DNA of 64,000 nt from Octopus vulgaris. Its lineage: Eukaryota. The position numbers and the translations under genes were made by a program. The stretch's first letter is position 1. The number at the start of each line of letters is the position of its first letter. Of the stretch, positions 24,150 to 42,279 are shown piece by piece. The notes under the pieces are model-generated. The model was not told the origin of the DNA. It saw only the letters and a list, made by a program, of their open reading frames with translations, and did no database searches. Where the stretch lies: assembly GCA_951406725.2 (NCBI GenBank), contig OX597833.1:27032001-27096000 (forward strand). The letters run 5' to 3'.

Positions 24150-25490
24150 TCTTAAAATATATAAAACATTCCATGAATAAATGCCAAACAGTGCTACAGC
24201 TCCAGACAGGAGAGGGACTCATAAAAACCAAAGCCAAGAGGAATATTCCAAGGAGTCACGGTTTCTCCATTCCTTTTCTACTTGGCACTGACACCTTTAT
24301 CTGACATGCTAAACAGAACTGAGTATGGATACAAGTGTTACGGCAAAACAATCAGCCATCTCCTATATATGGTTGATCTAAAACTGTACGCTATAAATGA
24401 TAAACAGCTGGATACATTACTACAGACAGTATATGGATTTACCGAAGAAATAAACATGGAATTTGGCAAAAAAAATTGTAGCAAAGCAAATTTGAAAAGA
24501 AGAAAATTAGTTAAGAGTAGCAACATCACACTAGATAAAGCAAATGAAATAAGAGAATTAGACCAAAGTCAGGCATACAAGTACTCAGGAATCAATGAAC
24601 TATTTACAATACAATACACACAAATGAAAGAGAAGATAAGAAAGGAATGCTACAGACGAGTTAAATTAATACTGAAGACAGAGCTCAATGCGAAAAACAA
24701 GATAATAAGTATCAACACTTTAGTTGTCCCAGTTATAATTTACAACTACAATATCCCTAACTGGACACTAAATGTACTAATCAAAATATACATGAAGACA
24801 AGAAGAATAATGACAGGATTTAGGAAGCACCACCCAAATTCTGACTTAGAACGGTTATATATACAACGTATCGAAGGTGGTAGAGGCCTTCTACAGCTAG
24901 AAAGCCATTACAAAATAATCGTTATAGGACCACAGAAATATCTACTTCAGAAACAAAAAAAAACTAATACAAATAGCCACAAAACAGGAACAAAAAACTG
25001 TTTACAGTCTTTGGGGAAGCTAACAAATACAAAAAAGAAGTCATAGTACCTAGCAACTATGAAGAAAAAGGGGAAACGACGAAATCTGTAAAACAACTGC
25101 AGTCCAAAATAAAACTGGAACAGCAACGGATCATGATGAAACGATAGCAAGTAAAGCCCCTTCATGGCAAATATTGGGCTAAACTAAACAGAAAATAAAT
25201 AGACAAAGCAAAATCCCAACAATGGCTTAGAAGCTCAGGACTCAAAGCAGAGACTAAATGATTTTTAATCGCATCACAAGAACAAAGACTTCCCACCAGA
25301 AATCACCAAAAGCACGTAATGAAATGAAATACAACTGGAGAATATATGAAGATGAAGAAACAATAAATCATATTGTCTCTAGCTACTCAGTCCTGGCTAA
25401 GATGGAATATATTCACATACGCGACAGAGTTGGGACTTATATATACTGGACGCTATACCAAAACTATGGAATAAGATGGTATAGGCACAC
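24150..25490 (+). mobile_element. R4/Dong-clade LINE fragment (RT, thumb, start of CCHC), decayed
   Basis: GIFQG..., LALTPLS, ISHLLYMVDLKLY, YKYSGINE, HHPNSDLERLYIQRIEGGRGLL, ETINHIVSS; stops and frameshifts. Confidence 0.88.
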
Positions 25491-25499
25491 GTCACGTTA

Positions 25500-26130
25500 T
25501 AAAGGGAGATAGAAAGTTTGTTAGTAGCAGCCTAAGATCAAGTTTTGAGGACTAATTGGATAAAAGCCAAGATAGACAAACAAAAACTAATACGAATAGC
25601 CACAAAACAGGAACAAAAAACTGTTTACAGTCTTTGGGGAAGCTAACAAATACAAAAAAGAAGTCATAGTACCTAGCAACTATGAAGAAAAAGGGGAAAC
25701 AACGAAATCTGTAAAACAACTAAGTAGATTTCCAGTGTAAATCAAAACAGAAAAGTTTTACTCATATAGTAAATGAATGTAGCATGCTGGCACAGAAAGA
25801 GTACGAGAAAAGACATGACGACATAGGGAGAATAATCCACTGGGAGTTATCTAGAAAGCTAGGATTTGACCATACTGAAAAATGATATGAACATGAACCT
25901 AAAAAAGTACTAGTTATTAAGAAATATAACATGTAGGACTTTAACATTCAGATTGACAGCGTAATAGGAGCTAGAAAGCCTAGTTCAGTAGTTGTAGTCA
26001 AAGAAAATAGAAAGTACCACATAATTGATTTTACAGTCCCAAATGAAGAGGTATAGAGAAAATAGCAAAGTATAAGGACCTAGCCATTGAGTGACAGAGA
26101 CTATAGAATGTGCAGGTGAAATTCATGGAC
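25500..26130 (+). mobile_element. R4/Dong-clade LINE 3' fragment (second subfamily) carrying a 140-bp copy of the neighbour
   Basis: KGEIESLLVAA*DQVLRTNWIK, HIVNECSMLAQKEYEKRHDD, ARKPSSVVV...IIDFTVP. Confidence 0.75.
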
Positions 26131-26918
26131 AATATTATAGAGATGTTGAAGATAAGACAGACAGAGAAAACAGATGACTGTGGGTGACTAAATGTGATTT
26201 ACAACCGGAAGCGCAGGCTCTAATCTGTGCTGCCCAAAAGCAAACACTAAGAACAAACTACATAAAATACAGAATAGACAACATATCAGAAAGTGATAAG
26301 TGCAGAAACTGTGGACAAAATGGCATATTACCGATCAATGTACGCCACTAGCCCAGAAGGAATATAAAAGACGCCACGACAATATAGCAAGGCTTGTTCA
26401 TTGGATACTTTGCAACAAGTATGGACTTGACAGAGCAAAAATTGGTACGACCACAAACCCAAAAGCATAATCAAAAATGATAATGCAAAGGTCCTCTAGG
26501 ATTTCATTATTCAGTGCGACCATGAGATAGGGAATAGGAAACCAGACATAGTGTTAATTGAGAAAGAAAACAAGCTATGCTGGGTCATAGATATATCATG
26601 CCCAGCTGACAACAGAGTATGCGATAAATAAGAAAGGAAAGTCGATAGATATGACAGGTTAGCTTGGAAGGTTAAGTAGTTATGGTCGATGAAAAAGGTG
26701 GTAGTAGTACCAATAATTGTCGGAGCCCTGAGAACAGTGAGTAAAAATCTTGAGAAGTACATAGAACAAATAGGGGCTGTGATAAGGTTGGAGCACTTGC
26801 AGTACTGCTTGGAACCGCTCGAATACTCCGGAAGGTGCTCGAAAATTGAGAGGTGTTACCTTAGTTCACTGGTAGTGAACAGCTGACACATCTCCAGCGT
26901 TAGAAGCATTTGCAAATG
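26130..26918 (+). mobile_element. R4/Dong-clade LINE 3' end (CCHC plus restriction-like endonuclease plus 3' UTR)
   Basis: KCRNCGQ, CTPLAQKEYKRRHDN, RKPDIVLIEK...IDISCP, VVPIIVGAL; ends at (AAT)n. Confidence 0.88.
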
Positions 26919-27177
<259 letters not shown>

Positions 27178-28236
27178 AAGGCTGGACATGACAGAGGCTG
27201 GACGTGTTCTTCGCTGCTCTGACCTGTCAGCAGCTAACCCAGCAGGACAACTGAAAAAACAACTGTAAAAAACTGGAAGATCTACTGTTTTCTGTGAGTA
27301 ATTTGAATTTCCCTCAAAATAAGTTAAGGAATTTACATATCAACAGCTTTGGACATACAGACGAACACCTAACAAACATTTAGAAACATAAATATCTCCA
27401 ATTTTATGTGAACATTTTGTCTTCCCTTCTTCCTTGATTATCAGAATATGTAAAAATGCCTTTTATTGTAACAACACACTTAAAACACAACGGTAATAAA
27501 TTATGGAAGTAAGCACCTGCTCATATATATATACTGCACAGCTACAAAAACTGTAAACCACAGCAAAGCTTTTAAATATAAAAGAAAAATTCCCCAAAAA
27601 AAGAAATTCAGAAATTCAAAAATCCAACAAGTTGAACCTGCTCTTCCTCCTACTGTTCCCAAAGACTGGAATATCTACAATTCCCTGTAAATATTTTGAA
27701 TCTCCCTCAAAAAAAAGTTAGGAAACTTACAATACCTACAGCTATCGAACACACAAACAGTCAGTTTAAAATACAAGAGAAAAAAAATCTTTGATATCTA
27801 CAACTAATGTGCGACAACGTATCCTTTCCTCTCTCCTTGAGTATTCGAAAATGTAAATATCATCATCCTTTTTATTCTAAGAACGCTACCATTTCTCTCT
27901 GTGCAGTCATACAAAAGACCATATTTAGTAAACCTTAGAACATTACTAGCCACAACTTGTTTGCTTTTATTTTTGACTCTCCCTGGGCATTCGAAAATGT
28001 AAACATTCTTCTTCCCATTGCAAAAGTCTTAGTGTATTTTCCAAATGGACAGACAAACGAACATCTCAAAAATACTTAAAAACTTTAATATATATACCCA
28101 AATACGTAAACACAACTTTTATTGCAACAGCACAAGTGAATTCATAAATTAAAAAAATCATCGACGTGAATATCAGATAATATGTGTGTGTGTGTGTGTG
28201 TGTATGTGTATACATACACATATACATATGTGTGTG

Positions 28237-28271
<35 letters not shown>

Positions 28272-28746
28272 TTGTTTTCCTACCATTAATTACAAATATA
28301 ACAAGTTGAATTGCTTTTCAAGGCAGCGCTGGCAGTAATAAACATGTTTGACCTCTCCTGACCCAACGGTCCTTTGTCTCTATGGCTGACCTCTCCACCA
28401 TCTGCTGAATCTATTTATAGACATATTGAACATGACCTCTTTACCAAATGCTAACCAACTATTCCCTTAAACAATGTAGTGGTGGTGATGGTGATAATGA
28501 TAAAAATAATAATAATAGGCTACTGCTGCTAATACTTAATACTACTAGTGCTGCAATACTACTACTGCTACTATTATGATAGCACAGGAATCTGAGGCCC
28601 AACTGCCACCCTTGCCGCTGACCCTTCTACGTTACTGTTGCTGTGGCTGCAGCAACTGCTGTGACTACTCATAAAACAATAAAAATATTGATGATGATGA
28701 TAATGATGGTGATAATGATGATGGTAGTGATAATAATAATAATAAC

Positions 28747-31919
<3,173 letters not shown>

Positions 31920-32493
31920 TAATAATAATAATTTACACCGTTAAGGTATTACAAAAAGATTGATGACAGTGCATAACGATACAATACACGATGATGTGAG
32001 ATTACATGTAGATGTGTAAAAAGAAAAGGGAAAAATTCTCCAAAATTGAAGACTTCCTAGAACTGTTCGTGGAAAGCCCCACAAAACCACGATCACCCTG
32101 ACCACTAGACCAAGTGCCTTCTCCCCGTCTTCCTCTCACAATTTACAAGTGTTTGTTCAGAGCAGTCACGTTCAATCGGCCGGTCGCGATGTGTATTCGA
32201 TTATATGAACCCGCACTCGACTGGTCCTTCATTGTATCAACCCTTAGAGGGGGTGAAAAGCAAAGTCAATCTCATCGGCGTTTGAACTCAGAACGAAAAG
32301 ATTCATAAGAAATGGCCCTAAGCATATTTTTTCTGCCACTTTAATAGTAATAATTTGTTTCATGTGCACAGAATCATCAGAAAAGTATTATAGTTGAAGA
32401 GAACAGATAGCATGATGTTGCAGGCTGCATGCTGCAAGCCCTCTACTCATGCAAGACTCCATGATTTCCAACAAAATCTGAGTTAAAAGAAGG

Positions 32494-32587
<94 letters not shown>

Positions 32588-32589
32588 TG

Positions 32590-32662
<73 letters not shown>
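32494..32662. repeat. (AAT)n microsatellite
   Basis: Direct reading. Confidence 0.97.
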
Positions 32663-32664
<2 letters not shown>

Positions 32665-33549
32665 GCTTCTAACTTGGGTACAAGTCTTCAAACTTTTATT
32701 TTGCTTTGGAAGAGGGGAAACCGGGCGCTTCAATTGATCTCAGTGAGTGACTGTTATTGGACTCTGAAAAATATAATGCAAAGTTAGCATTAGCCAGACT
32801 CGAACTCAGAAACTATAAAGACTTCAAACTAAGCGTTGCAATCCAGGAGCTCAATGCTGTAGCTTAACCTGCTAGACATAGCAGCCAGATTCCTTCAAAT
32901 CATACCCTATCAACTTAGAGCAGGAATAACACATTGGAGAACCCGGTCCGAGATAAACATATGGGACTGTCAGAATGCCTTTGATCATAGGTCAACTTTG
33001 TTTATTCAAGATTAACCTGGGGCTAACTGACAAGTATGCATTTCCTTCGCACTCTGTTACTTTATCCTTCCGTTTCTTTATCTTTCTTTCTCTCTCTTAC
33101 ACTTTCACTCTCCATGTTTCTCTCTCCCATTCTCTGTCCCTCTCTCCCCCATACTTCTCTCTCTCTCTCTCTCACTCTCTCCTTCTTTCTCTCTTTGCTA
33201 TTCTCTTACTGGTTTACAGCAGATTATGCCTATCTGAATGCTTTTTTTTATCAAATGGTTAATTTCCTCATTGTCATACAGAGACACAACTCGACACACA
33301 GTGTTTGAACGATTTTATAATATATTTGCCAGAAGGATGTATAATGAATGAAACGTTGCAAGTAAAGAATTTTTTAAAAAAGCAGTTTAAAATAATTTTA
33401 GTTGTGATTGGCAATAATCGCTATATCGATTTTACAACAAAAGCTACTTTTTTCTTTATTCTTTTGGGGAATACTATGAATTTCTAAAAATATTTCAAAA
33501 ACAGTTATCAACAGAAATAGCTACTGCTACTAACATAATAATAATAATG

Positions 33550-33624
<75 letters not shown>

Positions 33625-33627
<3 letters not shown>

Positions 33628-35000
33628 CTGAAGAACGTTCAACATGTTAAGGCGCTATAATATTGCTCTGAAACCAACCCGATCATATTAGGTATAAAAC
33701 AACAAATGAAACAAAAAAAAAAACACTGACAAAATGTTCAGCCATAACTGAATAAGTAATATAAAAAATTATTCTTATTTGCCACCAGTAAATAATGTAT
33801 TACAAATGTTTACAATATGCAACATTCTCATAACACATGTAACACAATCACCGGAGTATGATTCAGTTTAACGACAAAAACTGCCTCTGTACTCACCATA
33901 AAACACAAGAAATGGAGAATAATCCAAATAGTACCCGTATTATTCAGCGCATGTATAATAATCTGGATCAAACTACTCCAACACCAGAGATGAGTGGATC
34001 GGTTCACTATAAGACTTATGATAATCTAAATAAAGAGTGAGAATTTACTCAAGTTTTGCAAATAAAGCCGAAAGTGAGAAAAATCATAAATGAATGTAGG
34101 TGGACTATGTTTCTCTTCTACGTGCTTATTGTACACCAGCACTCTACCCACAAAGCGAAGATACGATGGATATTCGTATAAAGTTTGAAAGAAAAATAAA
34201 CCAGATCTAGATATATTGTTGAGCCCCTCCAAACTAGATAAGTTTAAAAGAAACAAAATGTCAGAAACCGAACTAACACAATAAAATGAAAAATTCATTA
34301 TGGAAACACTAATAATGGTCAGAGAATACCTAACAACAATATAAGAACCTAGAATGAATTATACGGACGCAGAATTAACAAGTGCAGTACAAAATAAATA
34401 AATAACGAAACGCGACAAACCTAACGCCTACGACTGCACAATAATGACTAAGAAGTACTAAACTAAAACTGCACAAACAAAAACATAAATGGAAAGAATT
34501 GGAAGCAGTTAGGAAATTAGGAAATCGATTTATCAGACTAAACAGACGACACTGTATCTCTAAAAGAAATGGAGAAACTACAATAATCGGAAACAGAAAT
34601 AACCCGAATGTGGGACCTGAAAATAGAAACGAGCCCTATGATAATAGTGACTTTAGGTGTAATCAAGATATATGCGGACAAATTGGCGAAACCCCATAAC
34701 TTACGAATGTGGACACTATGACGAATTGAGGAACCTGTAGATTCAAGATCATCCTCATAAGCAGTCAATTTCCTATACAGAAGCATATACTTTGGAAATT
34801 CCATCTACTCTTGCTATTTTCGCAACTCTCATAAACCTCGAAAAAATTCACTTAGAAACCAGACCTTTGTCTCAACCTCATCTTTTTCAAATGACACTGG
34901 AAGTCAACCAGGACTCTACCAAATTGGAAAGTGACTGTCCACAGACATTTCTATTTTGTCTATCACAAAATCCCTCTCACTAGCGTGAAAGAGAAAAAAA
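33625..35000 (+). mobile_element. Highly decayed R4/Dong-like LINE remnants
   Basis: Begins after (AAT)n; AAAGTTTGAAAGAAAAATAAACCAGATCTAGAT...CCCTCCAAACTA resembles the KIWKENNRDIDLD...NPNKL region of 46830-46895. Confidence 0.45.
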
Positions 35001-35415
35001 CTACCTTCTCTGAACGATGGACTCGGTTGACAGCCGGTTCATTTCACATACAATATGTAGTTGTTCAACATAACTGCACAAGTTAGCAGACGCTGAAGGA
35101 GTCCATGCAGAATAGTTTCATCGGTCTGCATGCATCTCTGGCAGCCCAGCCTAACGGCACTTCTGTGCCTGCATGCATAAACTCAAACTGGAAGTGGCTC
35201 TGGTGGCGCTGCCAGCCCAAGGACTTCTGAAAGTTATCGACAATAGTCCCCGATCATTGAACGTTTCCGTCAGTGCCCGGATTCTTTTCAGAAAAGATTT
35301 TCACATTTTCCCATTACCAATCATTTTTAGATTGGTTGCTGGTGTAGTACTTCCACTAATGGTACAGTGGGTAAGAACCCCTAATGAAACGCTAAACATC
35401 AGGCACTGGACCTTT

Positions 35416-35461
<46 letters not shown>

Positions 35462-35684
35462 GTATATCTGTCTCTCAAACAACCTCTCTCTCTCTCTCTC
35501 TCCCTAACACATATGTACATGTATATATACATATAGATGTAGGTACGTATATATATGTATGTATATATGCATATGTTTTATTTATGAATTTGAGTATATA
35601 TATATATATATATATCTTTATAATAATAATAATATAATGACAACAAAAGAATGAGACCTCGATATTATATAAATAAAGGAATTT

Positions 35685-36305
<621 letters not shown>

Positions 36306-36424
36306 TGTTTTCAAGTTGCAAAGTCCGTCCCTGACGAAAGCAAGTTGAAAGTGAGATCATTTCAGGCCTCTAGTGAACTGACAGAATCGTTGAAGCGTCA
36401 GAAAAGAATTAATTGCAGTTTCTA

Positions 36425-36562
36425 AGTCTTTTTGGTCTTGGGTTCAGAATGCCACTGCAATCAACTTTGCCTTTCATTATTTCATGGTCGATAAAACAAT
36501 CTACCAGTGAAGTACTATTGTCGATAGTATCGACTGCTGGCATTGTGCCTAAATTAGAAACT
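36425..36562 (+). mobile_element. SINE family B, degenerate
   Basis: GGGTTCAGAATGCC...TCAACTTTGCCTTTCATT...GGTCGATAAAA...TACCAGTGAAGTACT matches 59490-59704. Confidence 0.6.
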
Positions 36563-37029
36563 ATTTTCATTATTGTGGTTGTTATTTGCCTGTAGTAGCA
36601 TTTAGTCGTGTTTTCCGTCACTTTGACCAAGACTTATTTCAAACATCACCAACAAAAATGTTCTCATTGAAGTATTCGCTAATAAGGATTTCGCGTATTC
36701 TTGCGTGTCTGCTTCCAATACCCATTCTTAGACAAAACTACCATTGTCTTCACAGACCTTATATTTCCTTTGTTTTTGATACTTTGACAACATCTTCACG
36801 TCGAAATGTCTATTAGACCATCACACTATGCTCCTCAAAGCAAAAACAAAAACTGAAAAAAAAAATGAAAACAATACCGCAAAACAAAACCGACAGAAAA
36901 GATACGCCATAGAGTAAACACTTCTAACTTAAAGGGAAACTAATGAACATTGAACAGGAGAAAGAAAAGCACAAATTATTTTGAGCATATCAACGATTAT
37001 TTTGAATGACAACGTAAATAATAATAATG

Positions 37030-37098
<69 letters not shown>

Positions 37099-37243
37099 GC
37101 TATAATATTAGCAATAAGGATTTCTTTATAATTGTCTCGACCCTGTTGTATACGAACAATATATCGCTGAACCTAGGGATTTCAATGACTGCAATGTGGC
37201 AGCATTCACATTTTCAAAAAGTGAAAGTATTGGATTTAAACTC

Positions 37244-37278
<35 letters not shown>

Positions 37279-38300
37279 ACATGCACACGCATTGATACAC
37301 ATGCATATACGCCCATACATTCAAACACCACGCAATTCTCGGTCTCCATAATGTTCATGTTGCAACTGATGTTTCGTCTCCGCTTTTCTATTTTTGCTGT
37401 TGATGTTATTATGGATATTTTAGCGTTGATGTTCTTGCTGTCAAATTTGATGTTATTTGTTTTTGTTACTATCGTCAGTTCTTAAGTGATGGGTTGCTGT
37501 TGTTATTGTCGTTCTGGTAGTATTTACTGATGCTCATTACTGTTTTAGTTGAATTTACTCTCTTGTTGCTGGTGGTAGTTGTTTGTGTTGTTATTGTCGT
37601 CATAGTTGAAGATGTTCATTGCAGCTGTTGTTGTCAATGCTGATGGTGGTGGTGGTGGTGGTGGTGGTAGTGATGGGGTTAATGGTAATTTTTTGCTTGA
37701 TACTGTTTTGTTTGACATCGACTCAGGAAATAGCAGGGTTTCTCTGACGTCATCGCCGTCATGGCCGTAGCTAAGGGTGAACTATGTGGGGGCAGGAGCG
37801 AAATAAGTGATCAACATGGTGATGGTCCGACTGACACACATTTATTCATTGCCTCTTCCTTTTCTTTCCTGCTTTTCTTTCCTGCTTTTCTTTTTTAAAA
37901 ATTGTAAATAACTAATATGAGTCATGTGTCAGTCACATATCGATATTGGTGAGTCCCTTTGGTGTTGATAAACGTTAGCACTGTCACATTATATTTGGCA
38001 TGAGGAAACAGACAGTCTGGTCACGAGGAGATCATAGTTTGTAGCTGACGTGAACATCTCGCCTGTACGATAATCGAGGCTTTGTATCACTGATCAGGAT
38101 AGTTACTCCAAACTTAAATAGCCACGCACCACCCACCTAGACATGATTTGGAGCCTAAGAATGTTATAGTAGTTTTACCCTCGATCGGGTCTTAACTGGT
38201 TAACTATGATAAACCGTAGTCCAGCCTTGAACTTCTCGATTTTTCTCTTAACAAGTGCATTTTGAAGGAAAATCGGTTGAAATCAAACAAACACCTAAAC

Positions 38301-38633
38301 CAGGGGTTTCAACCACTTTTATTTATGAACTCATTTGATTATTATTTTATTCTGATGGAGCCCCATAGCTCTTTCATAATTAAAGACTAGTTTTATAGAA
38401 ATTTCTTCCAAAATTTATCTTCTTTTTGTTTCTTTTTTCACACAAAACCTGTGTAGGTCGAACTATGTAAAAGGTTAGAAAAAGAAACGTCGCTTTTTCT
38501 TGAAATACATACCAATCCATACAGCTGAAGCAAATTTTTTCAGGGACCTTTAAAATACTATTGTGGATCCCCAATTTACTATTTTATTACGGGGACCCTC
38601 AGGGGCCATATGGGCCCCAGTTGAGAACCACCG
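38301..38633. mobile_element. hAT/Charlie-type MITE
   Basis: TIRs CAGGGGTTTCAAC and GTTGAGAACCACCG; degenerate 8-bp TSD ACCTAAAC / ACATAGAT. Confidence 0.7.
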
Positions 38634-38679
38634 ACATAGATGATGCCTCATTAAATCCCTGAAGCCACAGTCTAACTAT

Positions 38680-40172
38680 ATATATAGGTACAGCAATCAG
38701 AAATAGTGTTTCATTCTATACGTATAAGCCACAATGAGGTACAGTCCATCTAGATTTAAGAAGGTTCCGCTGTGAATCATAGTTTACCTAATTGTGAGTA
38801 TGTACCATTGAACAGAATCCCGGCCTAACTATAAGTAGGTACCGTATTAAAGTATGTGTAAACGAGTAACATCTATCCAGCTGTAAATTGGTATCCGTAA
38901 AAATGTGTTTTCTCCCTAGCTGTATCATAGTCGTAAATTAATACACCTAGTCATCACGGTGAGCTACAATTCTCCGAGCCGGGTGTGTGTACCATAATGA
39001 GGTACAGATCCCTTAAACGTAAAGAGATACCCTATGTGAGTACAGTCGAAGTAACTGCAAGTCTGCGCCACAATATGACAGTGTCCACTTCGCTGAAAAT
39101 AAATACAATGGGGTACAGTTTAATAACGTGTAAGGAAATATCTTAAACAAATACTCCACACTTAGATATCAGTAACTACTACATTAATGTGGGAAACCAT
39201 CAAAGAACAGTCCAGGTGAATGTAAGTAGACAGCACATTAACATACATATATCTACAAGTATGTACATTAAAATGCATATATCTACAAGTATATACAAAG
39301 TGTGTAAGTTACAGATTACTCAAATATGCGTAATGAAGTGAGGTGCCACTGTCATTAATCCCTACAGTATGCTACTGCCAACACAGTTGCAGATGGCATT
39401 ATAGTTATGAAGTAAGTAGGTACCACAGTGAAATAAGGCCATATATTTTATAAACTGTGCTGACCATCTTTCCGTTAGGTATAGTGCACCTTCCTACATG
39501 AAATGTATTCTACAAACATAAGTAGATACAACAGCATGGAGTCCATCCACAGTAATTAGTTACCAGCATGGAGTATAATCCACAAAGCTTTCAGAAAGCA
39601 CCACAGTAGGGAAGGCCACTTGTCTTTCAGTACATACCAATCTGATGTACAGACTGTCTATAATATTTAAGTACCACAAAGCAATCTAGCGATAATCAGT
39701 ATAGCGATCGGTAGGTACCACATTATTCCACGTCTGTAGGTGACAGAGGGCAGCATAGTCCGCCTAATCATTTATAGGTACCGCAACGCAATACAGTCCA
39801 CAAAGATGTTACTAGGTACCATGGTGTAGTCTATTACACTTAGCTCTCAATAGGTATGTAGTATAGACAGTCCCACCCCATCTGTCCGTTGGTAGCATAG
39901 TGTACTATGGTTCATCGACAATATGTAGGTGCGTCAGAGTAAGTATAGTCTATCAAGCTTTCATTAAGCATTCAATGGGATCCATCTACCTAGAAATAAG
40001 TGCTAGTCTGCTTAGCTGTCTGTAGGTAACACAGTGTAAAACAATCCACCCAGCTCCCACTATGTACCTACATTGCAGCATAATCTACATAACTGTTATG
40101 TGGTACCACAGTGTGTAACCGCTTTGCTTGCTCTCAGTAGGTACCATACTATAAAAATCAGTCTATTTAAGT
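38680..40172. repeat. Degenerate minisatellite, about 38-bp unit
   Basis: NTAGGT-like motif recurs at 39736, 39774, 39812, 39850, 39888, 39925; consensus approximately GTAGGTACCACAGTGNAGTAYAGTCCACCTAGCTNTCA. Confidence 0.8.
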
Positions 40173-41000
40173 GCAACCCTAACCCTAACGCAATAGACGT
40201 ATGATGAACATTGGTGATCACTCAGACTTCTTTTATTCAAATATAATGAACCTACGAATTATCCAACGCGTGCTTTCTTTTTGGAAAAATTGGAGGAACG
40301 GTGGTAGGCCGTTTGAGGTAGACTTGAGTTTGATTATTAAGGTTTCCACAGTGGTCCTAAGACTACTCTGGTCCTAATGTCGTATCATTTGGTGGAGGTG
40401 TCAGACATGCACTGAATTTTAGCTGAGGAGAATAAAGTTGGCTGAAACAAGTGCATTACTGCCCTTACTTAGATTCCATTACTGACAGGAATTCGGAAAC
40501 TATAGGATTAACTTTAATATTTTATATCATCAGAAAAGTCGAAGACAATCTAATTACATGTGAACATGTTAATATAGGTATACACTGCACGTGAGCAAAT
40601 GCGTAGGGGACGGAATATGTACGTGTTTACATGTTGATTGAAAAAGCAATACACTTGAATATATATATGTACACACCGACAGAACCTTTATGAAAATAAG
40701 CGAAATTTTGATTGTTTGACTGTAGAATAGAGTAGGGATAATATGGATGCCTTCATGTTGCCAACAAGTCTTCTGATGATAAAATACATTAGAATATTCA
40801 GTACTATTAAAAAGTATTTCATCTCTCTCTCCTCTTTCTCTCTATCCCTTTCTTACTCCCTTCTCCCCTCTCTCTTTCTCTGAGGCAAAGTGTTTCGTCT
40901 CCGAAACGTTAGACTTTCTTCCTCACGATAAACTAATGTATTCCCCTTTGCTTATTTTTGTATGCATTAACTTACAAATACATAGCTAGCTATGCATGTG

Positions 41001-41075
<75 letters not shown>

Positions 41076-41814
41076 ATGTCTGTCTGTCTGTCTGTCTGTC
41101 TATCTGTTCATCTATCTGTCTATTTGTCTATCAGTTAGTCTATGTATCAATGTGCAAGCCTATTTGTTTGCCTCCTTGACACATCAGTCTATTTTCCTAT
41201 ATAATGCAAACGTGAATATATCCAAACATGCATACTTACACATGGGTGTATATGCATATGTGTAATGTTGTGTTTGTAGTTTTCTTCACTATTTCCTGTT
41301 TGCTTGCCTTTTTCTCCTTGTCTGTGACTATCTGTAAATATATCCATCTTTATCGCTATATCTATCAGTCTTTTTCTTTGAGTGCCGACACAGTTATTTA
41401 CCCACCTTTCTACCTATCCCTCTATATGTGTGACAACAGATCTATTTTACTACCTAGCTCTTTATCTACCTGCATGTCTAACCACCACCCACCAATCCAA
41501 ACACCAATCTGTACATCTCGTTGCTCTAGCAGGAACCTTTTAAAGTGATGAAGGAAGATTAACTGTAGATTTATCAACAGCTAGATCAACAGCTACATCT
41601 GACAGTTATATAATAACAATCAAAGATTTCCATCACATAATGGTCTTTGTAAATAAAGTAGATAAACATTTGTGTACACAAAGTCTTTTTCTGGTTTGTT
41701 TCTCCAAAGGCTCGACAGTTCTACCGCCAGATGGCGTCCGTTGATAGAGTAATAATGTTCAAACATTGCTTTGAATCTAAAATATCCTCTCAACTTTAAA
41801 GTGGTGTTATCATT

Positions 41815-41847
<33 letters not shown>

Positions 41848-42027
41848 AGACATACATGTGTGTGTGTGTGTGTTTGTATATATATCTTAAGTTACAATAT
41901 TCAGGAAAGAAACAATATTTATAAGCCACTCCAAACATTTAAATTATTTTCTAGTTTTTTTTCTTTTTAAAAGATTCATCAAAAGGCTAGATTATTTGTG
42001 TGTGCGTGTGTGTGTGTCTGTGTGTGC

Positions 42028-42058
<31 letters not shown>

Positions 42059-42279
42059 TGCGTGTGTGCGTGCGTGCGTGCGTGTGTGTGCGTGCAGATG
42101 CGCGCCTGTGTTGTGTATGTATGGTTTTAAATAGACTAGGATAACACATCACAAAGAATTATCGATCTCGCAACATATGTATGTGCAAGGATGGAAACAT
42201 ATAATTTATGTATGAATAAACGCAGGTGTGGGTGTATGATAAGAAGTTTAATTCATAACCACATGGTTCAGGGTTCAGA

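Noticed and set aside
36325-36410. CTGACGA hammerhead-like start (also CTGATGA near 53996)
   Set aside because: No properly placed GAAA, stem III and stem I partner
38680-40172. CRISPR-like periodicity
   Set aside because: No identical repeats with unique spacers; the whole unit is degenerate; eukaryotic context and no cas genes
40175-40189. Telomere or chromosome-fusion site
   Set aside because: Only 2.5 CCCTAA units; too short to support
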